This document shows positions 37,964 to 50,500 of a stretch of DNA of 64,000 nucleotides, piece after piece. The stretch spans positions 54,064,001 through 54,128,000 of the forward strand of contig CM060732.1 in the NCBI GenBank assembly GCA_030704615.1. The letters run 5' to 3'. The notes beneath the pieces were generated by a model. The model ran no database searches. It was not told the origin of the DNA and worked only from the letters and a program-made list of their open reading frames with translations. The position numbers and the translations under genes were made by a program. The stretch's first letter is position 1, and each line of letters begins with the position of its first letter. This DNA is from Takakia lepidozioides. Lineage: Eukaryota > Plantae > Bryophyta.

Positions 37964-40900
37964 CTACTTACCCAATCTTTTTACATATTTTATCCATCTA
38001 TTAATATGGATGAAATATCTCAGCTAGGCCTCTCTTGAAATTTAAGCAGGAATATTGGTGCGAAGAATCAAAACCGTTTTGCTCAACGGTGTCAGTGTCC
38101 AGTCCTTTTCCAATAAAATTAACATTAAAAAAAAAAAAAAAAAAAAAAACCTTTGCCTTCCTTAGAAAGGCAGGGCCAACAAATTTTTGTACATCGAGAA
38201 AGTAAACCTTAAAACAACTGCTATCTGGGGTCGGCACGTGAATGAAAACTAAAAAGTTCATCCAAATAGATCATCCAGTATCTGTCAAACGTTGAATGGC
38301 TCTGCGAAAAGTTCTAGCGACAAAACCCTTTTCGTAGTCCTTGGAAAGCAAGGCCCCACAAAGCTACACACTGCAAGGACCACTGCCTCGTAGGTGTACG
38401 GTCATGTACAAGTGTTCATCCACGATCTAGAACATTCATCTTCAGCCACGTCGTGCTACTGTATATCAACCGCAGTAATCATCGAGGGGACGCCCATAAT
38501 ATCAACTACACGATGTTCATCCACAGTCCTCATCCACCATAGATGCATGTCGTACTTCTTCTTTTTCAAAAATTTTAATTTTTTTGTAAGAAAAAGGGGA
38601 CAGAGAGGCCCTTTTGATGCTTTTCTTTTTCTTTTTAAAAAGAAAAACAAAGGTGAAAGGGGAATGATGTTTTTTTTTTTTTAAATTCTTTGAAAGGGGA
38701 ATGATGCTTCTAAATGTCAACAATTGCAGGAACTGTATTCACCTGAGACTTTTAAGAAATAAAAGTAAAAGTAAAAGGGGAGGAAGCCCTGTAAATCATA
38801 TTAATAAGAGGTTCTGGAAAACATAACCAGAACAGGAGGCCATAAGGCTTACATCTTTTGAAGATCGGGTAACACCCAGATCAGCCACCAAGGGCAAGCT
38901 TTGCAACAACAATCAACTGAAGCCCTGAATGAATCAGGAAGCCATGCTTCAGGAGAGAAAATCCTAGCTAGCCTAATAGGAGACATTGGAATGTCAAAAA
39001 TGATTTAATTCAATTACTTGGTTTAATAGCAATAATCTGTTGTAGGATGAATTAGGTAATGGCATTCCAGGATGAAATGAACAACCTCCCAGATGAGGGA
39101 AGATAGCCTTCAAGAGGAGGGGGGATACTGGATGTAGCAGCAACTACATCCCATAATCCTCTTGAACTCTATCCCACATAGTCTGTCATGAGGAGTGCAC
39201 TTGACATCCATATTTGGCCACTTTACATCCACATATGTCACATTACATCCAAATATAGCCCTCATCCTCATAAGCAATGGCATTTCGCCACGTCACCCAA
39301 AGAGCTCTTGGATGGGATGGATGGAAAATACGCGTTCAAGGATCGCTGTAGGATCCCCTTCATGGATGATAGATCTGTCACGGCGTCCTTACTTGTTTCA
39401 ATCTGCATCCCCAGACGCGATCCTGACCGTTGAAAAATGTCAGTATCCCTCCTCTCTATAAATTTCTTTTACACATTGTGGGAATGATTCCTCCCTCTGG
39501 GAACATATCATTTTGTACGGTGGGTCCCAAGCTAATCCAATGTAACAAAACACTTTATCAATTACTGGTTTTTTTCCTTAAAGAAAGGGGACAGAGGCCC
39601 TTTTACTCAAATTAAATGAATTTTTTTTTCAAATCGGACATGGTATGGTTACTAAACAGCAGGCTCACTTAGGAGTAAGAAGTGGGGCAAGATTCAGAAT
39701 ATCCTAATCGTATATTCCATGTCCACGTAACAAATGCTACATCATATGGAGAAAGAATCATATATTCAGAGAGGAATACTCCATGTATATAATGGAAGAA
39801 AAGAATCAGATGATTGAAGTCGGAATATTCTACGGGGAAGTTCCCCCTCAGTTAGCTTTTATGGCCTCCCTGGTGGTTATTTTTTCCACCTTTTTGTCTA
39901 TTTAATTTGAGTAAAAGGGCCTTCCTTAATATATATATATATATATATATATACTCTATACCAGTCAAGTTCGTGGATGAGAAAAACAGGGAGAGGAATA
40001 TTCTTACGTTCTGTATGCATCGTCGGTGTCTTGATCCACGATGGATCCGTGAGATGGCAGGATTATTATTTTTAGAAATAGTCATAATTCTTTTTCTGTT
40101 TATTACTTTCCGTTTTTACCCTGGTTACACTTTTCACACAATTTTAAGTCATCCATATTTTGCATCTTTATGGATGCATGGATATTGAGGGGGATGGATG
40201 ACCAAGAGCTCATCCAATTTCATCCAGCAGGGAATTTGAGTAGCCATAATTAATATTATCCAGCGAGATGATTCCGATAGCGTACCGCAAATAGCTAATA
40301 AGATAATAAATATCACACTCAACAGAATGAAAATTATTAGGTGACTAGTATGACTATTGTCAGCATACTTGCACTTTTTATCATGGGGAAAATACGCGGC
40401 TCATGACGCCGTTTCCATCCACGAAACTATTGATTGTTCATCGATATGATGCGAATTCTCTCATCCATCCATGATAAATTATGTAGTTCAATATTATCCA
40501 CTAAGATGACGCATCATTTTTGCACGTCATAGTGTCCAATATATTCATTTTCTTGACACTTTCTTGAACTCTGATTTATCCCATAACTTCTGCCACGGAT
40601 CCGGAGACCGAGGGCTATATAACAGCGCTCGAGCCACTCCCCAGAGCAGAAGTTTCGCCGCGCGGCCATAGGGTTTAGCTGGGCTCGGCCGCTGCTTTGA
40701 TGTAGCGCCAGGTCCGGAAGAGGCTCGGTGGAGTGGCGAAACTGCAGAAGGATAAGATGGGACAGAAAGCACGCCTGAGATAAGCCCTACTTTCCCCTCC
40801 CTTTCCGTTTTCCGTCATTGTCTCATTTTTACTGCAGAGTGTGGTCTCGTGTCTGTGTATTTGCGGGTTTTTACTGGCAAGTGGCCGTCCTCGCCTGCCT

Positions 40901-41787
40901 GGGCTTACTCGGGATTCTATGTAAACATCCATCTATCCGTCTCCATTGTGTTTCTGCTTTGGGTATGTTGCTTTGCCTTTCTTATATCGCTCGTACTTTG
41001 TCCGGCTTTCTCCCTCACACAGCCTCACTCACTCTTTGTGGTTTCGTTCGCCCGCTCGCGGTTTCCCCTCCCACCGTCCCACTTGTTCGATTCTCTGGCT
41101 CTTCTCCGCCTCTCTCGGTGCTTTGACTAACTCACCTACAAAGCGAAAACACACACACAGGCACACACTCTCTGTGTGTCTGTGGGTGCCTGCACAGAGG
41201 CTCTGTGGCCTCTTTCCCTTTTCATCTGCCTCCCTCGAGTTCTCTGCCTTCTGTTGTTTTAGGGTGGAATTGTCTATACAGTGGCATCTTTCTCTGCCCT
41301 AGTCTTTTCTCGCAGTCCTCTCTCGAGGGCGATCTTCTTTCTGTGTTCTTGAGGCATTCAAGGTCTGTAGAAGGAACGAATCAGAGAGTTGGTGGAGAAG
41401 CCACCTGTCTACCAAAATGGATGGCTATTAATTGCCCTCCCGAAACAGATTCACGGCCTTCCCTGGTGGGATAGGTGCTCCATCTCTCTCTTTTGCCTTC
41501 GTTCGAGGTGGAATCATTGCCTTAGACTGTGGCTCGTTGTCTTTGTATTGGCAAACACTGATGATTTACGTGCGGGTTCTTTGAGATCGTTGATCTCTTT
41601 GGTCGCTGCATGCGCATCTTTTTGGGACTTGTCTTTCTTAACTTCTTTCTTGTGTCGGTTGCAAGTCCATGAGGTGATTGAAGGTTTTGATTTTACGGTA
41701 GTCTCTGGTCAAAAGCTACAGATATAGAGAAATCAGGATTGGATATCCTGAGTGCTGTCACTTACCGAGAAAAACAGAAAGAGCCGG

Positions 41788-43312
41788 ATGGCAGCACCCT
41801 CTCCAGGAGCACCCCCTTCGTCTGTGCCATCTCCCTCCTCCCTGCCGCCTCCACCGTCACTGGCCTCCTCTTCATCTACTAATGTCTGGACCCGCCAACA
41901 GGACAAGCTATTTGAGAATGCCCTTGCCCACTATGACCAGGATGCCCCAAATCGGTGGGAAAGTGTCGCTGCGATGGTGCCTGGGAAGGATGCATCGGAG
42001 GTGAAGCGACACTATGAGATTCTAAGAGAAGATGTCCTCTCGATAGATGCGGGTAGGGTCGCCATACCCAGCTACAGCCCTTCCTCTCTCTCGACTTCGG
42101 ATGAAGTGGGGATTTCCGACAGTCCAGGATCGAAGAAAGGGGCGATGTACGGTGGTTCTGGCGGGAATGCAAATGGTTCCAGTGGGAACCCTTCTCTGGG
42201 GAAAGGCGTGTCGTCCAAGCCGGCTGACCAGGAGCGACGGAAGGGCATTCCTTGGACGGAAGAGGAGCATAGGTGGGTCTTATCTTCCTGCAATCCCTCT
42301 CTTTCTCTTCTCCTCTTTCTACCCTTTCCCCAGCACGTATGACTTAGTACAACCACAGCAACAGGCGTCATTTCTGGGTAAGGTAGAGGGGCCATGATAT
42401 ACGAGTGCCATAGCGCCTCGTTTTGTAGTATGATGTCCCTCAAATCGGCCGCTAGTTCCCTGTGAGCGGATTGTCCTACACCACGCAAGTTTCAATGACA
42501 ATTTAAGGTGAAGTTTCACAAACCGATGGGTCAGTGTGAGGAGGAGGGAGGGAGGGAGTGAGCAGAAGATAGTTTGTCAATTGCATAGGTTCTACTAGCT
42601 GTTACTTTTCCTTCTTTTCTTTTCCCTCAAAAAACAATCTTTGGATTGGTTAAGGTGCAGTAAAGCAGGAAGACGTCCCTCACTCTATTGTGGCATTACT
42701 TATTGGCATTACTTTGTGGCATCTGCCTTTCAATGCTTTGGAAGCGTATCATATGCTGGAATTGGGCGTGTAGGGATGGTGCACATTTGCAAGGGGCTTT
42801 CTGTTTTGCGGAGATCTTACCAGAAAACTCCTTGGGAATTTTTGGACTGTGGCAGGTTGTTTTTATTAGGGTTAGCAAAATTTGGCAAAGGTGATTGGCG
42901 GAGCATTTCCAGAAATTTCGTCATATCAAGAACACCTACGCAGGTGGCAAGCCATGCCCAAAAATACTTCATTCGTCTGAATTCCATCAACAAGGACAAA
43001 CGGCGCTCCAGCATCCATGACATCACGAGTGTCAACAATGGGGACGCGATGCAACAAGGACAAGGCCCTATCACAGGACAGGCACCTCCAGCTCCTTCTC
43101 CAGGGCAACCCATTTCACATTCTGCCCAGCAGGGGTTGCAAGGAGGGATGTATGTCGCTCCCCCTGCTGTCGGAGCACCTGTTATGCTTCCACCACCTGG
43201 CCATGTACAATATGGCCCAAGGGGGCATATGCCAAGGGCAGTCATGCCAGGCCCTCCCATGACCATGCCGCACATGGCTTACCCCATGCCACAGCCAGCC
43301 ATGCATCACTGA
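41788..43312 (+). CDS. DIVARICATA-like R-R-type MYB transcription factor, 2 exons
   Basis: Exon 41788-42272 ([39 protein letters not shown]) and exon 42856-43312 ([47 protein letters not shown]). Confidence 0.95.
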
Positions 43313-46300
43313 AAGGAGGGGGAGCAAGAGGTATGTCGTTTTGTTGAACGGACTCCGCCGCTCTCGTCCATTTATGATGAGAACTCATTTGTGTGGATTG
43401 CAACTAGACCATAGCTACTAGATACCCTACATTTTCAAGGCTGCTGTATGTGTTCCTTTTCAAGGGATGATTGTGTCGACGGCCATGTTTGTACATCAGT
43501 TAGGCCTCTTGGGAGAAGCAAAAGCTGAGTTAGCCTGCTGTTGTGGTTTGTGGTAGGGTGCCAATGAAGATGGCCTGTATAATAGCATACCTGGGAATGA
43601 AAAATTTGCCTGGAAGTTGTATTGGAGTCCTAGTCTCGCATCATTTTTTCTCCTTTCACAGGTCAGTACCTGCAGGAAAGGAGGGTCTGACAGAATAAGG
43701 TCTTTGGATTTGATTCCTCTCAATTGTCATCAATTGGTGATTCAGCTTCTGATTGGGGAACTCCAGTTGGGTTTACAGAGCTTTATAAAAAGCATCTCTG
43801 GTTACCTTTGCAACATGCGTGATTTCCATTCTTGTAGCTATGAGGTCCTCTATTCTTCTTCAATGAGTGGTCTGAGAACATTGGAATGATTTTATGAATA
43901 CTGTGTTCTTTCCTCTTGATGTGTGCCCCCGAAGTTATGCGAGTTCTCATTTTTTATAGCAGGTTCACGAGGGTTATCGTGTAGGAATGAAGCAATGGTT
44001 TTTCTCCACACCCTTTATTCGAAAGGTAGAAGTCCTAAAGGGACAGCGTGTTGGCTGACTTGAGCTCGAAATGTTTTTGCCAAATATGCCGTGAGGTTCT
44101 TTAAATCATCCTTTCCAATGATTTCCAGGTGTGGGCAGCTGCTGCTGTGTAAATAGCAGAGCTGAAGCCTTTGTACGACTCCATACTAGATTGTGGGGTG
44201 TCAGGCAGCCCCTGTATGCAAAGCCATTAAAGCCATGTCAAAGCAGCTGAACTGCGTGTTATGAAAAGAGTCTGCAGCTTGAGCTCGTTGCACCTCTTGT
44301 GATGAGAAATAGTTTGCCGCGAAGTTGAGCAGAGTGTATTGCTTGGCATGAGAGGTGTTGAAAGTTCAGAACACAGACCTGGCTGAGTGTCTTGGCCGTT
44401 TGACGGAGTAACTAATCGCCAAGATCCCTACTGCCAAGCCTCTCTTGCCGCAGCACATTTGGCTAGGGAATCTCTTTTCCATTTGACACAGGTTAAGGTT
44501 TCCCTTCCTCATTTCTGATTGGCACTGATCAAGAAGAGTGGCAAGTAGGTGTTAAACATCTTGTCTGATTCCCGGCGAGTTGTGATCTTTTCATGAGTTT
44601 CTTCTCAACTTGTCAATTGCAATCTGTTCATGTGCCGTTTCCCCAGCTATATTCGCCTTTGCTGCTTCTCCCTAAATTGCAGAGTGGGCAAATATCGCTG
44701 CTGTCCATATGCTGAATGCCAAATCAGTCAAATATTGCAATCTGCTACTAATTGTGCCAAGTTTCCCTTGAGGAATTATTACTCAGGAGGGGATGCTGCG
44801 GCCCTAATTCTATGACCATTCTCGGAATTGAAAGTATGCGAATTGTCCAACTTCCTGCCCAACAACATATTTCTAAAGCATGGGAAAGAGAGCTAGGTGG
44901 CCCAGGAAAAAGGGCCGTCTGAACCTGGTTACTCCTGGTTACTCCGAAGGTCAGGTTGATGCTGGTCAGTTGGGAGAGATCTATGTGACATCAAACATGT
45001 ATGAATCTACCCTTTCTTGGGAAGGATGGGGTTTTCTTTGTAGCATTAAATGAAGCTCAATAAGAAGACCAGCATCACTGTACCTCAGGAAAAGGAACTC
45101 ATTCTTCCCTCCTCCTCAGTGATGTGCTGCACTTGGAAGTGCTTACAACATCCGTTAATCATGTGCCATGAGTAGTTGTACAATGAGAGGTACACTTCTG
45201 TGCTGATAATGGGTCCTGTCTTTGAGTTTGTAGTTAGAATATGTGGGCATGATGCTCTCACCCGTTTCTTCTACTAATATCCATCTGCTAAAATGTGGTG
45301 AAGCTCCAAATGCTCTGCTCACTCCCAGTACGTTTTGCTTACGGAATTAAGTGCAGCGTACTGTACGTATCACTTACCTTCTACCCAGTACCTTGCACTT
45401 GCGTGCACCACTGACATACTCGGAAGCAGTGTTTCCCTGGCGGGGCCACCTGTGACTTGGGAGTGCCCATGTGGTGAAAATAACGAGGCGGCAGGTCTGG
45501 AAAGGTAGCTGTATGACAGGTGGCACGTTCTAACGGGTCCACGATGGCGTGATCAGGCACCTGATATTCCACTGCTGGCGCTTTCTGGCAAATATTTCAG
45601 ATTTTACCCCATATAATTTCTTGTACAGGTAGCTAAGTCATTTTCCAAAGGGGGCGAAATCTGGCAAAATTGCTTGGAACTTGGAAGAGGATCCTGTACA
45701 CATAACTGAAGGATGGCCCTCATATTCTTTTTCACGACCCTGTACCCCGCTGGGAGCGTGTTGAGGTAAGTTAAGTTGATCCATTAGGTTCCACGATTTT
45801 GCAAAGGAATTGCTATGCATGGGAAGTGCAGCATTGAAGACGCAACAGAGTGACAAGATGAATCGTCATCCTTGAAAAGGATTGGAGTCACACTCATTGA
45901 TGTTGAAATTGTGTTGATGGAAGCTGTGTACACGCCCACAACAAGTTGTTGAAGCAGGCTTTCTTCTGGGCCAGGTCGAGTGGACTCTGAAGATTTCTTA
46001 GAATCCATTTTTCCAACTATCTCAATCTCCCTCACCAATTACTCTGACAATATTTTCGCCGGGTTTGGGCGCCGTCGACTCCTCCAGCAACCCCCTGTCA
46101 AATCCTTCCCACCCCCTCGTACCCAAGACTCACATTATTGCTGTGAAATGACGAGTAGTTTATTGGAAAGGCGATGGCCACGGGAGCTAGTATGGAATGT
46201 TGATGGACGGGCGTACTGTCACCCCTGTGTATGCTGTAACTTCTTTTTTGTAGGTCAAATTTTGACACCAAGTGGGAGTTTCACCGAAGGGAGTGACAGG

Positions 46301-46849
46301 GAGTGTCACCCCCATGAGGAGTGGACCGATTAAACTTGTTGGGCTCCCACATGCTTTATCTAACAAGCTCTTCAAGAGTTTTGCAGTGATATAATTTTGG
46401 GATAGTAGCATATATCAGGTTGTTGGCTTTGTACTACATTAATTACTCTTGTTCCAAACAAATCTCCTCACAAGCATGAGAGTGAGGAATTGGGAGACGA
46501 ATGTAGAGGGTTAGAAGTCTGGACATTGGAGCATCCGCAAGCTCATCCGTTGCAGGAGACTTGGGAAATAAGGACCGTCATCTGCGTGGGGACAGAAGAG
46601 AGAGAGAGAGAGCTATTACAATCTATCAAAGCAGGAATGGCGTTCATCGTTTGCCTCTACTTGGCTTAAGAATAGAAATCGGTTCAATGGCCTCCAAGGA
46701 GTGTTAAATTTTTATCTAATTTTAAGAAACAAGGGACAGATGCCCTGGACAGAGGCCAAAAGCTCCGGCTAGGTAGCCCTTCTCGGACAATGTCCTTCAA
46801 ATCAATTCCATGCTTTCTGGGATAGGTGACGTGAGCTTACGTGTATTGC

Positions 46850-47580
46850 AACAGGAACAATTGTACAATCTAAAGAAGGATCGGACAGAGCTAGAATGCA
46901 CAAGTGGCCAATTGCTGCACGTGATGACCTTCAAGTGGGGCCTCGGAGCTCCAGGGATTATGGACTAGATACAATGGCTCATAGCATTCTCGGGATCCAA
47001 AGCAGATGGAAGAGCAGCATGTGACGTTCTGGTTCGCGACCTTCTTGCATGTTGTTGAACAATATGTTCCACCATTTCAGGTTTCTTTTACAGGGAGTTT
47101 CCTTCCTTGCCAAATATGGGATGGATGTGTGAAGATCGAGCTAATTATGGCAAGCCGATTTTACGTGTTTGATCGTATTTCCTTCTGCTTTGGACATTGT
47201 ACGAGTTGCAATTCCAGCCCATTCCAGTTCGTTTGCACACCTTTTGCTGGTAGAGCCGAAAATTCGACTGAGCTTGTCCAACGTGCTTGATTTCAGGTTA
47301 GCGGCCGCTCCATGAGATGGATCCTTAACCTGTGTCTCTGTGGAACTGAGATTAGGATGCCTCTGAATTGCTACCGAATGATCGCTTGAAGCTAAGGCAC
47401 TATCAAACTGTGAGCTCTTCATCTGTCGTGGTCAAGGAAAAATTCTGAAATTCACTAGCTTAGTGTTGGAAACTCAAGCGTTTGACTGTGATGTTATTGT
47501 CTACGATGATTCACGTACATCGACTCTGCAGTTCGGGAAAGTAGTCATATAGTCTCAAATTCGCAGGTGATATCTTGCGA
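46850..47580 (+). repeat. Dispersed duplicate of ~9010-9750, directly upstream of GABA-T
   Basis: Shared blocks listed for the 9010-9750 copy; the middle is more diverged. Confidence 0.85.
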
Positions 47581-47588
47581 CTAAGTAA

Positions 47589-50500
47589 ATGGCGCCGGTC
47601 ATTCAACACTGGGCGGAAGTGGAAGGGGCGCGCGGTGTAGGCGGAACCACAAAGCCTCATGAGACGTCTTCTGAATCTGTCGCTGATAGATTGTAAGTGT
47701 GGTCTACTGAATTCTTTGTGTTTGTGTGTGTTCCCTTGTTAGAAAGAAATGAAATGAAACTTTATAGCGTCCGGTGAAAGCTCAAAGTTGAAAGAACAAT
47801 TATGAAAGGAAGTTCATAACGTCCATGACGCTAATAGAAAAGACAGAATGAAAGAGAAAAAAAGGAAAGAAATGTAGACGTCGCCCTAAGGGTCCAGAGG
47901 AGAAAGGGAGGAACTGATAACCGTATGCCACAGCTAATCGGAGAGTGAGAGGGACCGAAAGCAATTGCTGTCTTGGCAGGTCTATTGGCCATTCTATGTT
48001 GGCGCCGTTCACATCAGGGTGGCAGCAGGCAAACACAGAACCCCTAATTATTGCGAAAGGAGAGGTACCAGGATCTTGTCCTTATGCTCTTATGCTCAAA
48101 GCCAGGTGTTCCGCTCAAACTGGGCGCGGGGTCAATGGCCACAAGGCTACGGCAAACAACGTCTTATGAGTACATTCTCTAGGCGTTTAGGTGCATAAGT
48201 TTTTGGTTACAGGGAAATTTATAGTGCATGTTAACTGGTTGATGACTCAATAGAAATGTTTTGGTCACTGGGTGGGTGCTGGTCAAACACCTTGTCAAAG
48301 CTACTAAGTTGTATTTAGACCAGGTTCAATTTCTCAACACTGACCCCATTTCTGAGTTTGTTGGAGAGTCATATTTGACTCAAACCAGTGCGGAGGTAAA
48401 GTTCTGATATTTGCATTTGCCATTGGTAATAGCTGCTGCCATGGACCCGTGCAGAGATGAATTCTGAGCCTGAAAAATTTCTGTCCATGACAAATTTGAC
48501 CCAAGGAGCTACCATCTTGGGTTAGCTATATTTGAGCGTCAATGTCACATTTCCTTACAAACGATGTGTAGCAGCAGGAATTTGCTTGTCCATGTTAAAG
48601 CCTTATCAACAAGGGGTCAAATCCGTTCATTCCCAAACTTATACTAGGTACGCTAAGCTGGGGTTTGGATACAGGGCGTTTATGTCTGGGATAAGCATGG
48701 TAAAAAGTACCTGGATGCTTTGGGAGGCCTCTGGTGCACCTCTCTAGGTGAAACCTGAACTAGGCTTATTTCTCCTCTATTGTTCATTATCTCTTGTGAG
48801 CTTTGCTGTGGAGCACCATGCCACAGCGTTTGGATTGACTTCAGAGTGTCCTGTATTACCAGTCTTCTAGATTGTGAAATGGAGTAAAATTTTATCCGCC
48901 AGAACCTCTTTGTAGTTCAATCTATCCACCGATAGCTGCTGCAAGAATCCTAAATAGTGTTGTTTTGACTTTGTGTTTTGTGCTCGCATGAAAGAAATCT
49001 AAAATGTTTTTGCTGGCTCATGGAGGCTCTGATGGAAATCTGAGATTAAGTGGCGTTTGGCAGGATTTAGTGAGAAACGGTTGGTGAATGCAGCTACAGA
49101 GCAACTGAATACCTTGCCTTTCTATCACTCCTTCTGGAATCGCACTACACAGCCTTCTCTGGTACTCAGTCATTCAGGCATAGGTTTGTATCATGATACT
49201 CTAAACAAATTGGACTAGGTAAGTTAATGAGGTCAAGAAAACTAGGCAAGGATTCAAGTTGTTACCTACAGCAGGCTAGCACCAGCATTGAGGATGCCAT
49301 TGTTGAAACAATGGGTGCACATTGGTAGCAAACAGGTTCATGGTTGGTGTTACTGGTTTTTGTGGGTGGCAGGATCTCGCACGCGAGCTCATTGAAATGT
49401 TCAAGCCTGTGCAATTGGGCAAGGTCTTTTTCTGCAATAGCGGTTCAGAGGCAAACGACACGCAGGTACCGTGCTTTGAATCAGGAGTTGTGAATTGCAA
49501 TGCAATGGAGGTATATGTGAGCCAGGTGATGTTTTCACATATGCAAGTACAGGACATATTTTTCTGCATGTGGCTGCACCTCTTGACATCAATGGGTTTC
49601 TTATATGTATCTGGTGTATTGTACTTCATCTGTCATAGAACTATGGACTCAGTGTAGCAGGCTATGCCCTTGGTCAGGTGAAGCTGGTGTGGTACTACAA
49701 CAACGCTTTGGGGAGGCCTAAGAAGAAAAAAATTATTGCTCGTCAGAAAGCGTAATTCTTGGTCTCTACTTGTATGACATGGGGGTGGCATCAAAGCTAA
49801 GATGTTTTGTAGCTGGTGGTCTGTGATCTCATGCTATTGTTTTTGTTTGGAGTAGAAGTGAATCAAGTTTGGTAAATCATTGCTATGTATGTAGTTTATT
49901 TGGCTCTTACATCGATCTAATTTTGATAATTTGTTTGTACTCTTCCATTTAATGACCATTGCGAATGGACAGTGAGATGTGGGATGTTCAGGATGCAGCT
50001 TTATATATTGCACAGACTATCGAACGGTGGATGACAATCATAATCCCTTAGTCAGGAAATTTCTTTTGTGCATTGGATTCTCTTGACAATTGAATGAAAT
50101 GACACTTTCAACTCTTTTGCATTGGCAGGTACCATGGATCAACACTCATAGCTGCTAGTCTTTCAGGGTATGTGGGTGCTTCAGAAGAGATATCTAAAAT
50201 AACCTATCTTTTCAGAATGGGCATTTTGCCATGTAGATCTTGGGTGCATGGACTACTCATTGACTAGCTAGCTGAGGCGCACAGGCTCACTTGTACATGT
50301 CTGAGTTTCTCAATTGGAAAAAGGATTGCTGATGATTTGCATTCTCTTCAGTGTTAGTTCGGAGTTTGAGTTTGAGCTCATCTCATCGGAGTTATCGGTA
50401 ATGTGGCAGTTTGACACCACTTCATCAAGGCTGGGATTTGCCAAAAGATTTTGTGTTACATACAGATTGCCCGCATTATTGGCGCTATCATTTACCAAGT

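Noticed and set aside
38660-39560. Possible decayed LINE 3' end on the minus strand
   Set aside because: Only a CDIC-like fragment and a T-tract; too degraded to support a call.
44000-46800. Short ORFs between the MYB and GABA-T genes
   Set aside because: No recognisable domains or consistent exon structure.
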